DNA from: a candidate division FCPU426 bacterium
GTDB lineage: Bacteria > Oederibacteriota > JAAXVQ01 > JAUVAV01
Direction: 5' to 3'
DNA length: 64,000 bases
Assembly (NCBI GenBank): GCA_040756875.1
Contig: JBFLYH010000003.1
Coordinates: 128,001 to 192,000, forward strand
Shown here: in pieces, positions 50,367-59,956 of the stretch
Layout of the letters: every line of letters starts with the position of its first letter
How positions within the stretch are numbered: the stretch's first letter is position 1
Program-made: the position numbers and the translations under genes
Notes under the pieces: generated by a model
What the model was told of the DNA's origin: nothing
The model's input: only the letters and a program-made list of their open reading frames with translations
Databases searched by the model: none

Positions 50367-51623
50367 TTATGATCTGATCTGCCCTTGCCCCCGCACCACG
50401 AACTTGGTGGTGGTGAGCTCGCGCAGGCCCATGGGGCCGCGGGCGTGGAGCTTCTGGGTGGAGATGCCGATTTCCGCGCCCAGGCCGAACTGCCCGCCGT
50501 CCACCAGGCGCGTGGAGGCGTTCACCAGCACGGCCGCGGCGTCCACTTCGCGCAGCCAGCGCTCGGCGTGGAAATAATCCGTGGTGACGATGGCCTCCGA
50601 GTGCCCGCTGCCGTAGCGCGCCACGTGGTCCAGGGCCGCGTCCAGGTCCGGCACCACGCGCACGGCCAGGATCAGGTCCAGGTATTCGGTGCTCCAGTCC
50701 TTCTCCACCGCGGCCTTGGCCCCGGGGTACAGGGCCCGGGCGGCTTCGTCCGCCCGCAGCTCCACCCCGGCCGTGGCCAGGCGCGCCAGCATGGCGGGCA
50801 GGAACGCCGAGGCCGCCCGCTCGTGTACCAGCAGGGTCTCGGCTGCGTTGCACACGCCCGGCCGCTGCACCTTGGCGTTGAATACGATCTCCTGGGCCAT
50901 GGCCAGGTCGGCCGGATAATCCACGTACACGTGGCAGTTGCCCTCGCCGTGCTGGATCACCGGCACGGTGGCCGTGTCCGCCACCCACTTGAGGAAGGAC
51001 TGCCCACCGCGGGGGATCACGCAGTCGATCCAGCCGTCCAGGGTCAGGAGCTCGGTCACGGCCTGCCGCTCCGCGGTGCTGACCACCTGCAGGGCCGCGG
51101 CCGGCAGTCCGCTCGCGGCCACGCCTTGGGCCACCAGTTCGCCGATGGCGCGGTTGCTGTGGAGCGACTCGCTGCCGCCCCGCAGGATGACCGCGTTGCC
51201 GGCCTTGAGGCACAGCCCGGCCGCGTCGGCCGTGACATTGGGGCGCGCCTCGTACACCATGCCGATCACGCCCAGGGGCACGCGCATGCGCCCCACGCGC
51301 AGGCCGTTGGGCCTCACCCATTCGGACTCGATCTCGCCCACCGGGTCCGGCAGGGCCACGAGTTCGCGCAGGCCGGCCGCCATGTTGCTGATCCGCTTGG
51401 GATTCAGGGCCAGGCGGTCGAGCAGGGCGCCGCTCAGGCCGGCGGCTTTGGCCGCCTCCAGGTCCTTGGCATTGGCGTCGAGCAATCGCTTCTGCCCTGC
51501 TTCCAAGCCCTCGGCCATGGCCAGCAGGGCCCGGTTTTTCTGTTCGGCGCCGGCCTTGGCCAGGACCCGGCTTGCCTCGCGGCCGGCTTTGGCCAGGGCC
51601 AACACATCGTCGCGTATGCTCAT
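50367..51623 (-). CDS. proA: Gamma-glutamyl phosphate reductase
   Basis: VPLGVIGMVYEARPNVT, GVCNAAETLL, EIGISTQKLHARGPMGL. Confidence 0.97.
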   Translation of the reverse strand: MSIRDDVLALAKAGREASRVLAKAGAEQKNRALLAMAEGLEAGQKRLLDANAKDLEAAKAAGLSGALLDRLALNPKRISNMAAGLRELVALPDPVGEIESEWVRPNGLRVGRMRVPLGVIGMVYEARPNVTADAAGLCLKAGNAVILRGGSESLHSNRAIGELVAQGVAASGLPAAALQVVSTAERQAVTELLTLDGWIDCVIPRGGQSFLKWVADTATVPVIQHGEGNCHVYVDYPADLAMAQEIVFNAKVQRPGVCNAAETLLVHERAASAFLPAMLARLATAGVELRADEAARALYPGAKAAVEKDWSTEYLDLILAVRVVPDLDAALDHVARYGSGHSEAIVTTDYFHAERWLREVDAAAVLVNASTRLVDGGQFGLGAEIGISTQKLHARGPMGLRELTTTKFVVRGQGQIRS

Positions 51624-51642
51624 GATCTCCTCCTTATAACAT

Positions 51643-51730
51643 CCGCCACGAAGACACGAAGAGTTTCAGGGTTATAGTTTTTAAACCCCAGACTAGTCTT
51701 TCGCTTTCCTTCGTGGCTTCGTGGTGAATG
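51643..51730. repeat. ACGAAG/CTTCGT palindromic element, copy 7 (between proB and proA)
   Basis: CCGCCACGAAGACACGAAG...CCAGACTAGTCTTTCGCTTTCCTTCGTGGCTTCGTGGTGAA; near-identical to part of copy 2. Confidence 0.85.
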
Positions 51731-51745
51731 GTTGTGTTTTACCGG

Positions 51746-52879
51746 TCAGCCCAGCAGGGCCAGGTCGTCGCGGTGGATGATTTCGTCCGCGTTCTTGTAG
51801 CCCAGGATGTCCTCGATCTGGCTGCTCTTGGCCCCGCACAGCTTTTGGATCTCCTCCGCGCCGTAGTTCACCAGCCCGCGCGCGAATTCGCGACCGTGCT
51901 CGTCCTTTACGCCCACGCAGTCGCCCTGCTTGAAGCGCCCTTCCACGGCCTTGACGCCCGACGGCAGCAGGCTCTTGCCGCGCTGCTTGAGGGCTGCGCT
52001 GGCGCCCGCGTCCAGAACCACGGCCCCGCGGCGCCGGAGCGCGTACGCGATCCAGCGCTTGCGGCTGGCCAGCTTGTCGCCCTGCGGGAAAAAGACCGTG
52101 CCCAGGCGCTCACCGGCGAGGAGCCGCGCCAGCACTTTGGGCTGGCGGCCGTCGGCAATGGCCATTTTCTCCCCCATGCCGGTCACCATCTTGGCTGCGC
52201 GCACCTTGGTGACCATGCCGCCGGTCCCGAGCGCGGTGCCCGGGCCGGCCGCCATCTCCTCGACGCAGCGGTCGACCGCGTCCACCTCGTGCTGCAGGCA
52301 GGCGTCCGGACGCTCGGCGGGGTTCGCGTCGTACAACCCGGCCACGTCGGTCAAAATGACGAGCAGGTCCGCGCGGGCCAGGTTGGTCACGTGGGCCGAG
52401 AGCGTGTCATTGTCCCCGAACTTGATCTCGTCCACGGCCACGGTGTCGTTTTCGTTGAAGACCGGGACCACGCCCAGCCGCAGGAGCTCCTCGAGGGCGG
52501 CGCGGGCGTGCGCGTAACGCTGGCGGTCGTGGATGTCGTCCGAGGTCAGCAGCACCTGCGCCGTGGTCAGCTGCTCCTGGCCGAACACCTGGGCGTACAC
52601 GCGCATGAGGTGGGGCTGGCCGATGGCGGCCAGGGCCTGTTTGCCGGGAATGGTGCGGGGGCGTTCCTGAAGGCGCATGACCGAAAGGCCCATGCCGATG
52701 GCGCCGGAAGTGACCAGGATGACCTCGCGGCCCGCGCGGCGCTGCTCCGCCACCTCGGCGGCCAGTTTGGCCATAAAGGACTGGTCCGGCTCGCCGCCGC
52801 CGGCGGTGAGCAGGCTGGTGCCGACCTTGACCACCAAACGCTTGGTTTTTCCCAATTGCTGACGGCGCTGCATGTCCAT
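51746..52879 (-). CDS. proB: Glutamate 5-kinase
   Basis: VVKVGTSLL, VTSGAI, NENDTV, FGDNDTLSA, GTGGMVTK, PUA domain. Confidence 0.97.
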   Translation of the reverse strand: MDMQRRQQLGKTKRLVVKVGTSLLTAGGGEPDQSFMAKLAAEVAEQRRAGREVILVTSGAIGMGLSVMRLQERPRTIPGKQALAAIGQPHLMRVYAQVFGQEQLTTAQVLLTSDDIHDRQRYAHARAALEELLRLGVVPVFNENDTVAVDEIKFGDNDTLSAHVTNLARADLLVILTDVAGLYDANPAERPDACLQHEVDAVDRCVEEMAAGPGTALGTGGMVTKVRAAKMVTGMGEKMAIADGRQPKVLARLLAGERLGTVFFPQGDKLASRKRWIAYALRRRGAVVLDAGASAALKQRGKSLLPSGVKAVEGRFKQGDCVGVKDEHGREFARGLVNYGAEEIQKLCGAKSSQIEDILGYKNADEIIHRDDLALLG

Positions 52880-52920
52880 TCGACCCTTTCGGCCGGAATC
52901 AGGGGATTTCGGCCATTATA

Positions 52921-54204
52921 TTATAAATCTTCGTGAAAGACGAACTCCTCCTTGCCCACCTGGATGGTGTCGCCGGGCGCCACCTGCTGGCGCTCGAATT
53001 CCGCGCTGACGCCCAGGCGGCTGAAAATGTGGCGCAGCTTCTGCACGGCCTCGCGGTTGTTGAAGTCCGTCATGGCCACCCACTTCTCCACTTCGCGCCC
53101 CGAGAGCCGCCAGTGTCGGGGCCCGGCCGGTTCCAGCGTGAAGCGGGGCGGCAGGCCGCGGACGATCTTGACCGGCACATCCAGGCCGCCGGCCGCGGGT
53201 TTGAGGGTCCGCAGCAGGCGCCGGACCCGGTCGAGCAGTTCGTCCAGGCCCTGCCGCGCGGCCGCGGAAATGGCCAGCACGTCGTACCCTGCTTCCTTGA
53301 ACCGCTTTTTCCAGGCCGCCACGGCCTTGGGGTCAATCACCAGGTCGGTCTTGGTCAGGACCACCACCTGCCGCCGCTTGGACAGGCGGGGGTTGTAGGC
53401 CTTGAGCTCCTGGTTGATCGTGGCAAAATCCTCCCACGGCTTCACGCCCGGGTAGCCCACGTCCACCAGGTGCAGCAGCAGCCGGGTGCGCTCCACGTGG
53501 CGCAGGAATTCGTGGCCCAGGCCCGCGCCCTGCGACGCGCCCTCGATCAGGCCGGGGATGTCCACCATTACGAAATGCTCCTCTTCGCCCAGGCGCACCT
53601 GGCCCAGGTTGGGCGAGAGCGTGGTGAAGGGATAGTCGGCGATTTTGGGGCGCGCGGCCGACACCGCGGCCAGCAGGGTGGACTTGCCCGCGTTGGGCAG
53701 GCCGACCAGCCCCACGTCCGCCAGCAGCTTGAGCTCCAGCACCAGCTCGCGCTCCTCGCCGGGCTCGCCTTTTTCCATGAGGCGCGGCGCCTGGCGCGTG
53801 GGCGTGGCGAAATGCATGTTGCCCCGGCCGCCCCGGCCGCCTTTGGCCGCGAGCAGACGCTGGCCGGTCTGGCGCAGGTCGCCCACCAGCTCGCCTCCGG
53901 GCGTGAGCACCACCGTGCCCACGGGCACGCGGACCACCAAGTCCTGCGCCTGCTTGCCGGCCATGCGCTTGCCGGTCCCGGGCTGCCCGCTGTCCGCGGC
54001 GAAATGCTTGCGGTAGGTGAAATCCAGCAGGGTCTTGAGGTTGGCGTCGGCCACGAACCACACGCTCCCGCCCCGGCCGCCGTCGCCGCCGTCCGGCCCG
54101 CCCAGGGGCACGAACTTCTCGCGGTGGAAGTGCATGCTGCCGTTGCCGCCCCGGCCGCCGCTGACCTGGATGGCCACGCGGTCCACAAACTGGTGCCTGC
54201 TCAT
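52921..54204 (-). CDS. obgE: GTPase Obg/CgtA
   Basis: Gly-rich N-terminus, GLPNAGKST, DYPFTTL, DIPG, C-terminal OCT domain. Confidence 0.97.
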   Translation of the reverse strand: MSRHQFVDRVAIQVSGGRGGNGSMHFHREKFVPLGGPDGGDGGRGGSVWFVADANLKTLLDFTYRKHFAADSGQPGTGKRMAGKQAQDLVVRVPVGTVVLTPGGELVGDLRQTGQRLLAAKGGRGGRGNMHFATPTRQAPRLMEKGEPGEERELVLELKLLADVGLVGLPNAGKSTLLAAVSAARPKIADYPFTTLSPNLGQVRLGEEEHFVMVDIPGLIEGASQGAGLGHEFLRHVERTRLLLHLVDVGYPGVKPWEDFATINQELKAYNPRLSKRRQVVVLTKTDLVIDPKAVAAWKKRFKEAGYDVLAISAAARQGLDELLDRVRRLLRTLKPAAGGLDVPVKIVRGLPPRFTLEPAGPRHWRLSGREVEKWVAMTDFNNREAVQKLRHIFSRLGVSAEFERQQVAPGDTIQVGKEEFVFHEDL

Positions 54205-54234
54205 TTCAATCCCCCGCTCATTTTAAAAAGAATG

Positions 54235-54365
54235 ACCACGAAGCTCACGAAGCTGAACACGAAGCCCACGAAGGAAAGAGAAAAACGGGTCCGGGGTTAA
54301 AATCTTTAACCCTAATCCCTCTTCGTGTCAACTTCGTGCCCTTCGTGCCTTCGTGGTGAAGCCTT
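54235..54365. repeat. ACGAAG/CTTCGT palindromic element, copy 8 (between rpmA and obg)
   Basis: ACCACGAAGCTCACGAAG...GTCCGGGGTTAAAATCTTTAACCCTAATCCCTCTTCGTG...; near-identical core to copy 1. Confidence 0.85.
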
Positions 54366-54375
54366 TATGTTTTGT

Positions 54376-54410
54376 AAAAAAAAAGAGCCCTAAGGCAGGC
54401 CTTAGGGCTC
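54376..54410 (-). terminator. Intrinsic terminator after rpmA
   Basis: GAGCCCTAAGG-N4-CCTTAGGGCTC followed by a T-run on the minus strand. Confidence 0.85.
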
Positions 54411-54427
54411 GAAAAGCGTCGGCGCGC

Positions 54428-54700
54428 CTAGGTGCGGGCGGTCTCCTCTTGAGGCAGCACGGTAATGTACCGGCGCCCCTTTTCCTGGCCCAAATACTTC
54501 ACCACGCCGCTCACCTTGGCGTACAAGGTGTCGTCCTTGCCCTGGCCGACATTGGCGCCCGGCTTGAAACGGGTGCCCCGCTGCCGCACCAGGATGCTGC
54601 CCGCGGACACGTACTGGCCGCTGAAACGCTTGCAGCCCAGCCGTTGCCCCGCGGAGTCGCGGCCGTTTGTCGTTGAACCTTGACCTTTTTTATGCGCCAT
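54428..54700 (-). CDS. rpmA: 50S ribosomal protein L27
   Basis: [26 protein letters not shown]. Confidence 0.97.
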   Translation of the reverse strand: MAHKKGQGSTTNGRDSAGQRLGCKRFSGQYVSAGSILVRQRGTRFKPGANVGQGKDDTLYAKVSGVVKYLGQEKGRRYITVLPQEETART

Positions 54701-54787
54701 GATTGACCTTTCCGGCAAGCCGCAGAATCCGATAAGGGGCGGCCTGCCATCCCCGAAAAGAGCTTTTCAGGGACCTGCGCCGAATGC

Positions 54788-55099
54788 TCAGCTTTTGATG
54801 TCCAGAATACGGACCTGGGTGTAATACTGCCGGTGCCCGCGGATTTTGGCCGAGTGCTTGCGGGCCCTATACTTATAGGAAAACACTTTGCGCGCGCGGC
54901 CCTGCCGCACGACTTCGGCGATCACTCTCGCGCCTTCGAGCAGGGGGCGGCCGACCTTGATGGCCTGCCCGTCGTTCACGAGCAGCACGCGGTCCAGTTC
55001 CACTTTCTGGCCCACGCCCGCTTCGAGGCGCTCGATTTTCAGCAGCGCGCCCTTGTCCGTCTTGTATTGTTTGCCGCCGGTTTCCACCACTGCGTACAT
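54788..55099 (-). CDS. rplU: 50S ribosomal protein L21
   Basis: MYAVVETGGKQY, GHRQYYT. Confidence 0.97.
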   Translation of the reverse strand: MYAVVETGGKQYKTDKGALLKIERLEAGVGQKVELDRVLLVNDGQAIKVGRPLLEGARVIAEVVRQGRARKVFSYKYRARKHSAKIRGHRQYYTQVRILDIKS

Positions 55100-55135
55100 A
55101 ATTATTGTTCCTCCTGATGGCGAAAAAGAGAGGAT

Positions 55136-55164
55136 ACTATACTCAAGCGCCTGGGGGAAGTCAA
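55136..55164 (-). promoter_or_regulatory. Sigma70 promoter for rplU
   Basis: TTGACT-N17-TATAGT. Confidence 0.65.
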
Positions 55165-55306
55165 GGGGATTTTAGGGAGGAAAAACGCGCCGTTGGAAAA
55201 CATTCACCTCCCTTGAGGGGAGGGTGATGAAATGCCTCTCCGGGAGGGAGAATTCCCGGTGTCCGGACAAGGCAATCGCCTTTTAAACAAAGGGTTTTCC
55301 GGACCA

Positions 55307-55714
55307 CTACACTTTGGATTTAGGCAACAGCCCGAGCTCCCTGATCTCTTCCACCAGGGTTTCCTGGTCAAACGGCTTGACGAGGTAGGAATCGCAATGG
55401 TGGATGAAGGCGCGGACCACGCTCCGGGTCTCATCCCGGGCGGTCATGATGATGATTTTCACGCCGTCCGCTTCCTGGCGGCCCTGGGCGTGCTCCAGGC
55501 CGCGGATCTTTTCCAGCACCTGGTGGCCGTCGAGGCGCGGCAGCATGAGGTCCAAAAGCACCAGGTCGAAGCCGCGGCCGCTCTTGAGGGCCGCGGAAAA
55601 CTTCTCCACGGCCGTTTGGCCGTCCAAGGCGGCCTCGCACGTGGCCAGGGAGGCAAGATAATAGCTGACCAGTTTCTGGATATCCGGCTCGTCTTCCACC
55701 ACCAGGATTCTCAT
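55307..55714 (-). CDS. CheY-like response regulator
   Basis: ILVVEDE, LLDLMLPRLDG, YLVKPF. Confidence 0.9.
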   Translation of the reverse strand: MRILVVEDEPDIQKLVSYYLASLATCEAALDGQTAVEKFSAALKSGRGFDLVLLDLMLPRLDGHQVLEKIRGLEHAQGRQEADGVKIIIMTARDETRSVVRAFIHHCDSYLVKPFDQETLVEEIRELGLLPKSKV

Positions 55715-56577
55715 GACCCGCTCCTCGCTTCAGGTTGCGCCCCGCCCCATTCCTCTTCCACCTTGGCCAGGCGCTGTTTGACCGTTTCGCACAAGCCGTC
55801 CCACTGCTCCTGTTCCAGGCCGTAGCGCCGCATGGCCGTTTCCAGCACGCCGGCCAAGGACGTGCCGCAGACCGAGCCGAAGCCGATTTGCTTGGCAGCG
55901 GCGTTGGCGATGATCACGGCGTCGAGCAGGCTGTCCTCCCGGGGGGCGGGGTCATGGTGCCGCTCGATGGCCTTCACCAGTTCCTCGGGAAACTTCAAGT
56001 ACCCGGCGATGGCGGCCCCGACCTCCGCGTGGTCGGTCTCCAGCAGGCGGCGTTCGGCCTCGATATAACACAGGCCTTCCTGCTGCTGCAGCTGCTGCAG
56101 CTGCTGGAACATTTCCTTCTGCAGGTGCTGCCCCAGCACCACCTTCCCGATGTCGTGGATCAGGGCCGCGGTGAACGCGGCCGGGGGCACGGGCCGGCGC
56201 GTCAGGGCGCCCAGGCTTTCCACGGTCAGGGCCGCGGCCACGTTGTGCCGCCACAGCTCCTGCTCGGCCAGGCGGTATCCGGGCACGGACTGTTTCATGG
56301 ACCCGGCCAGGCAGCTGCCGATGGACAGGCGGATGATGTTGTTCATGCCCAGGCGGATCACGGCGCCGCGCACGCTTTCCACGGGCATGTGGGCGCCGTA
56401 AAAAGCCGAGTTGGCCCAGCGCAGCACGTTGACCGTCAGGACCGAATCCAGTTCGATCACCCGGGCGATGTCCGAGGTCTTGGCGTTGATGTCGGACATC
56501 AGGTTCGTCAGCCGGCTGAGCGTGGCTGACATGGGCACCAGGGTCTTGATTTCCGAGGGGTGGATCTTCACTCGCAT
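55711..56577 (-). CDS. HDOD domain protein
   Basis: D..LT..VLR.ANSAFYG, LWRHN, ALIHDIGK, DHAEVGA, AIERHH. Confidence 0.9.
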   Translation of the reverse strand: MRVKIHPSEIKTLVPMSATLSRLTNLMSDINAKTSDIARVIELDSVLTVNVLRWANSAFYGAHMPVESVRGAVIRLGMNNIIRLSIGSCLAGSMKQSVPGYRLAEQELWRHNVAAALTVESLGALTRRPVPPAAFTAALIHDIGKVVLGQHLQKEMFQQLQQLQQQEGLCYIEAERRLLETDHAEVGAAIAGYLKFPEELVKAIERHHDPAPREDSLLDAVIIANAAAKQIGFGSVCGTSLAGVLETAMRRYGLEQEQWDGLCETVKQRLAKVEEEWGGAQPEARSGS

Positions 56578-56707
56578 GGAAAGCGCCGGCTCCCTTGGTT
56601 GCGTTTGCACCCTTGTCCTTCAGTGTCGTCATTTTTCAGGGGGGGATAAAAGGCGTTTTGCGGGAAGGCTTCCAAAAAACGCCGGAACGTCCGATACTCC
56701 TGGCACC

Positions 56708-56736
56708 TTGACAGAGTTTCAGCCGCCCTCTATGAT
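56708..56736 (+). promoter_or_regulatory. Sigma70 promoter for the epimerase gene
   Basis: TTGACA-N17-TATGAT. Confidence 0.65.
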
Positions 56737-56766
56737 AACAGGAACCCCTTCGCTTCACGGAGAGAC

Positions 56767-57747
56767 ATGGCTGAAACGCTCGTCACCGGCGCCACCGGCT
56801 TCATTGGCAGCCACCTGGTGGAATCCCTGCTCGCGGACCGGCACGCGGTCCGCTGCCTGGTGCGCAGGACGTCCAATCCGCGCTGGCTGCCGGTTGACCG
56901 CGTCCGCCTGGTTCAGGCGGACCTGGAATCCGGCGAGGGGCTGGACGCGGCCCTGGCCGGGGTGGAAGTCGTTTTCCATCTGGCCGGCGCGACCAAGGCC
57001 CTGTCCCGCCGCGAGTACCAGGCCAGCAACGTGGCGGCCACGCGGCGGCTGCTGGCGGCCGTGGCGCGGAACGCGCCGCACCTCAAGCGCTTCGTGTTCC
57101 TGAGCAGCCAGGCCGCGGCCGGGCCGGCGCCGGCCGCGCAGGTGCGCGACGAGAGCCACGCGTGCTCGCCGCTCACGCATTACGGCGCCAGCAAGCTGGA
57201 AGCCGAGCGGGTGCTGGCCGAGCACCCGGAAATTCCGGCCGTGGTCCTGCGCAGCGTGTCCGTGTACGGCCCGCGCGACCGGGATATGCTCGAACTGGTC
57301 AAGCCCTTCCGGCGCGGCTTCGCGCCGGTGATCGGCCAGGCGGACAAGCGCCTGACTTTCGTGCACGTGGCGGACCTGGTGCAGGCCCTGCGCCTGGCCG
57401 CCGAACATCCGGCCGCCGTCGGGCAGACGTATTTCGTGACCGACGGCCGGCAGTACAACTGGGCCGAAGTCAAGGCCGTGCTGGAGCGGGTCGCGGGCCG
57501 GCGCGCGCGTTCGCTGCGCATTCCCCTGCCCGCGGTGTGGCTCGTGGCCGCGGCAGCCGGCGCCTGGGCGCGGATCACGGGCAGGCCCTCGATCCTGAAT
57601 TTGAACCGGTTCCGCGAATTCCGCGCGGCCAACTGGAGCTGCAGCAGCGAGAAACTGCAGCGCGAACTGGGATTCAAGCCGCGCTTTGACCTGGAAACCG
57701 GGCTGCGCGAAACCGTGGCTTGGGCCCGGGAAAACCGCTGGTTCTAG
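56767..57747 (+). CDS. NAD-dependent epimerase/dehydratase (extended SDR); candidate ceramide reductase
   Basis: VTGATGFIG, catalytic YGASK, VYGPRD. Confidence 0.85.
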   Translation: MAETLVTGATGFIGSHLVESLLADRHAVRCLVRRTSNPRWLPVDRVRLVQADLESGEGLDAALAGVEVVFHLAGATKALSRREYQASNVAATRRLLAAVARNAPHLKRFVFLSSQAAAGPAPAAQVRDESHACSPLTHYGASKLEAERVLAEHPEIPAVVLRSVSVYGPRDRDMLELVKPFRRGFAPVIGQADKRLTFVHVADLVQALRLAAEHPAAVGQTYFVTDGRQYNWAEVKAVLERVAGRRARSLRIPLPAVWLVAAAAGAWARITGRPSILNLNRFREFRAANWSCSSEKLQRELGFKPRFDLETGLRETVAWARENRWF

Positions 57748-57781
57748 CCAGAAATTTACCAGGGATACAAAAGGAGCTGAC

Positions 57782-58867
57782 ATGACCGCTGTCCCCCGCT
57801 TTTTCCGCCTCCTGCTGCCCGCGGTCCTGCTGCTGGCCGCCGGGTGCTCGCCCATCAGCCAGTGGTCGGGCTTGAACCGCCAGATCAGCCGCTACTTTTC
57901 CGAAGGCAAATACCTGCAGGCCACCGAGACCGCCCAAAAGGCCCTGGAGCTGGCCGAGCGGGCTTTCGGCCGCAACCACCTGCACGTAGCCACTTCACTG
58001 GGCAACCTGATCTTCCTGTACAACCTGCAGGGCGAATATCCCAAGGCGCGGACCCTGCTCCAGCGCGCCCTGGCCATCAAGGAACTGGAGCTCGGGCCGG
58101 ACCACATCGAAACCGGCATGCTGCTGCTGTACCTCTCCGAGAACCACCGCTTTGCCGGCCAATATCAGGAAGCCCTGGGCTTCGGCCAGCGGGCCCTGGC
58201 GATTTTGCAGAAGCAGCTGGATGAGAAGGATTTGCTGCTGACCGAGGCGCAGAACAACCTGGCGTTCATCTACGACGCGCTCAACGACAACGCGCGGGCC
58301 GAGGCCCTGTACCGCCAGGTGCTGGCGGCCCGGGAGCAGCAGCTCGGCCAGACCAGCCCGGCCCTGCAGCCGTACCTGAGCAACCTGGAAAACATCTACC
58401 GCCGCCAGGGAAAAACCAACGAAGCGATCGAGCTGTCCGTGCGCTCCCTGCTCCTGGAAAACCAGGACGCCGGACCCTCGCGCCACGATTACGTGCAGTC
58501 CGTGCTGAACCTCGCGACCCTGTACTTCAAAACCGGCCGCTACGCCGAAGCCGAGCCCCTGGCCCGCCAGGCCCTGGAACACCATCAAAAGAACCTGGGC
58601 AAACTCAACCCGCGCCTGGCTTTGGACCTGGATTTATTGGGGGAAATTTTAGTGAAACTGGGGCGGCTGGACGAGGCTGAAGCCGTGTACCGCCGCGCGC
58701 TCTCCTTGCAGCGCAGCGTGCTGGACGCCGGCCACCCCCACCGCGTGCAGGTGACCAAACACTTCATTCAGCTTTTGAAATCAATGGGCAAGGACAAGGA
58801 AGCTCAGGACCTGCAGCAGGAAATCCAGCTCAACAACGGCACGCAGAAGAAATCACCTTCCAAATAG
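57782..58867 (+). CDS. TPR-repeat lipoprotein
   Basis: Lipobox LAAGC; kinesin-light-chain-type TPR repeats. Confidence 0.85.
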   Translation: MTAVPRFFRLLLPAVLLLAAGCSPISQWSGLNRQISRYFSEGKYLQATETAQKALELAERAFGRNHLHVATSLGNLIFLYNLQGEYPKARTLLQRALAIKELELGPDHIETGMLLLYLSENHRFAGQYQEALGFGQRALAILQKQLDEKDLLLTEAQNNLAFIYDALNDNARAEALYRQVLAAREQQLGQTSPALQPYLSNLENIYRRQGKTNEAIELSVRSLLLENQDAGPSRHDYVQSVLNLATLYFKTGRYAEAEPLARQALEHHQKNLGKLNPRLALDLDLLGEILVKLGRLDEAEAVYRRALSLQRSVLDAGHPHRVQVTKHFIQLLKSMGKDKEAQDLQQEIQLNNGTQKKSPSK

Positions 58868-58949
58868 CAATAACCTCTCGGATTTTCCTCGCAGGGATAG
58901 CTCATATATTTTCCCGGGCAAAAAGTACTACCCTCTATCCATGAGGCAA

Positions 58950-59678
58950 TTAAAAATTATTGATATAACTTAAGCCATATTTAAAAACAAAAGGCATTTC
59001 AAAGTTATCCATTTCAATAGTAAGGCGATTGACTCCAAAGTGGGCACCCAGCGAGGAAGACTCCGAGATTTGAGTCCTCAATTGGATGCCGATATCAATA
59101 CACGGTAGTAAATTTTGCACTTCGTCATTTCCGGAATATACGGTATTCGTCGGGTCAGTGGGATCCCTCCATTCCCAGCTTAAATGATTCCGAAAATATC
59201 CATATCCAATTCCATTGAAGATTTCTATATTAATGTTTTCCAAAGTAACTCCAAACATATATTTAACCATCAGGAGGGTTGCCACACTGGATGTGTTTAC
59301 ATCCCAATTTTGACTTCGTAAAGGAAGCGTAGGCGAAACTTGCTCATTAATGATGAAACTTTTTGCACCTGTTAGTGAATAGAAGGCGGGAGCAAACCCA
59401 ATTTTCATGTTTTCAACCGAAGGGATCTGTACGCCATAAAATGGTTCAACCATTATTCCTATATTACTGATATTATTACTCCGAGTATCCACTGTATAGC
59501 TTCCCACACCGGAAACTATGCTCCAATTAATCTCTATAAATCCTTGATTACATGACTTCTTCTCCTTAAATGCATTAAAAGCCTCTATTTCGCTCTCTGG
59601 TAAATTCATTACTTCTTCTGCCCAAGTCAGATTAAAAAATGTCATTAATATAATTAACCAAAGCAACGCAATTTTCAT
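58950..59678 (-). CDS. AT-rich putative outer-membrane beta-barrel protein
   Basis: Signal peptide, alternating beta strands, terminal Phe (GLSYINNF). Confidence 0.6.
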   Translation of the reverse strand: MKIALLWLIILMTFFNLTWAEEVMNLPESEIEAFNAFKEKKSCNQGFIEINWSIVSGVGSYTVDTRSNNISNIGIMVEPFYGVQIPSVENMKIGFAPAFYSLTGAKSFIINEQVSPTLPLRSQNWDVNTSSVATLLMVKYMFGVTLENINIEIFNGIGYGYFRNHLSWEWRDPTDPTNTVYSGNDEVQNLLPCIDIGIQLRTQISESSSLGAHFGVNRLTIEMDNFEMPFVFKYGLSYINNF

Positions 59679-59747
59679 AGCTTCACTCTCCTCAATATTT
59701 ATTACAACTAAAAATAACTCACCACATGAATATCAGACATAATAATG

Positions 59748-59845
59748 CCCTTCCCCGTACTTGGCGGGAGGTTCTAGAGAAGGGGAAAAACCTGAATGGC
59801 ATACTCTACACCCTCCCCTTCATCCCCTCCCGTCGAGGGAGGGGA
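59748..59845. repeat. CCCTCCCC/GGGAGGGG palindromic REP-like element
   Basis: CCCCTCCCGTCGAGGGAGGGG hairpin; related to 60709-60840 and 55205-55250. Confidence 0.55.
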
Positions 59846-59956
59846 ATGTTATTAATGTGACGACTCCTATAAGTAGTGCGCGTTTAAGGAATAACTTGCA
59901 CTGTTCAATGAGAACATTGTTTGATAAGCAAGGTGACTTTGATTGCCACGCAAAAC

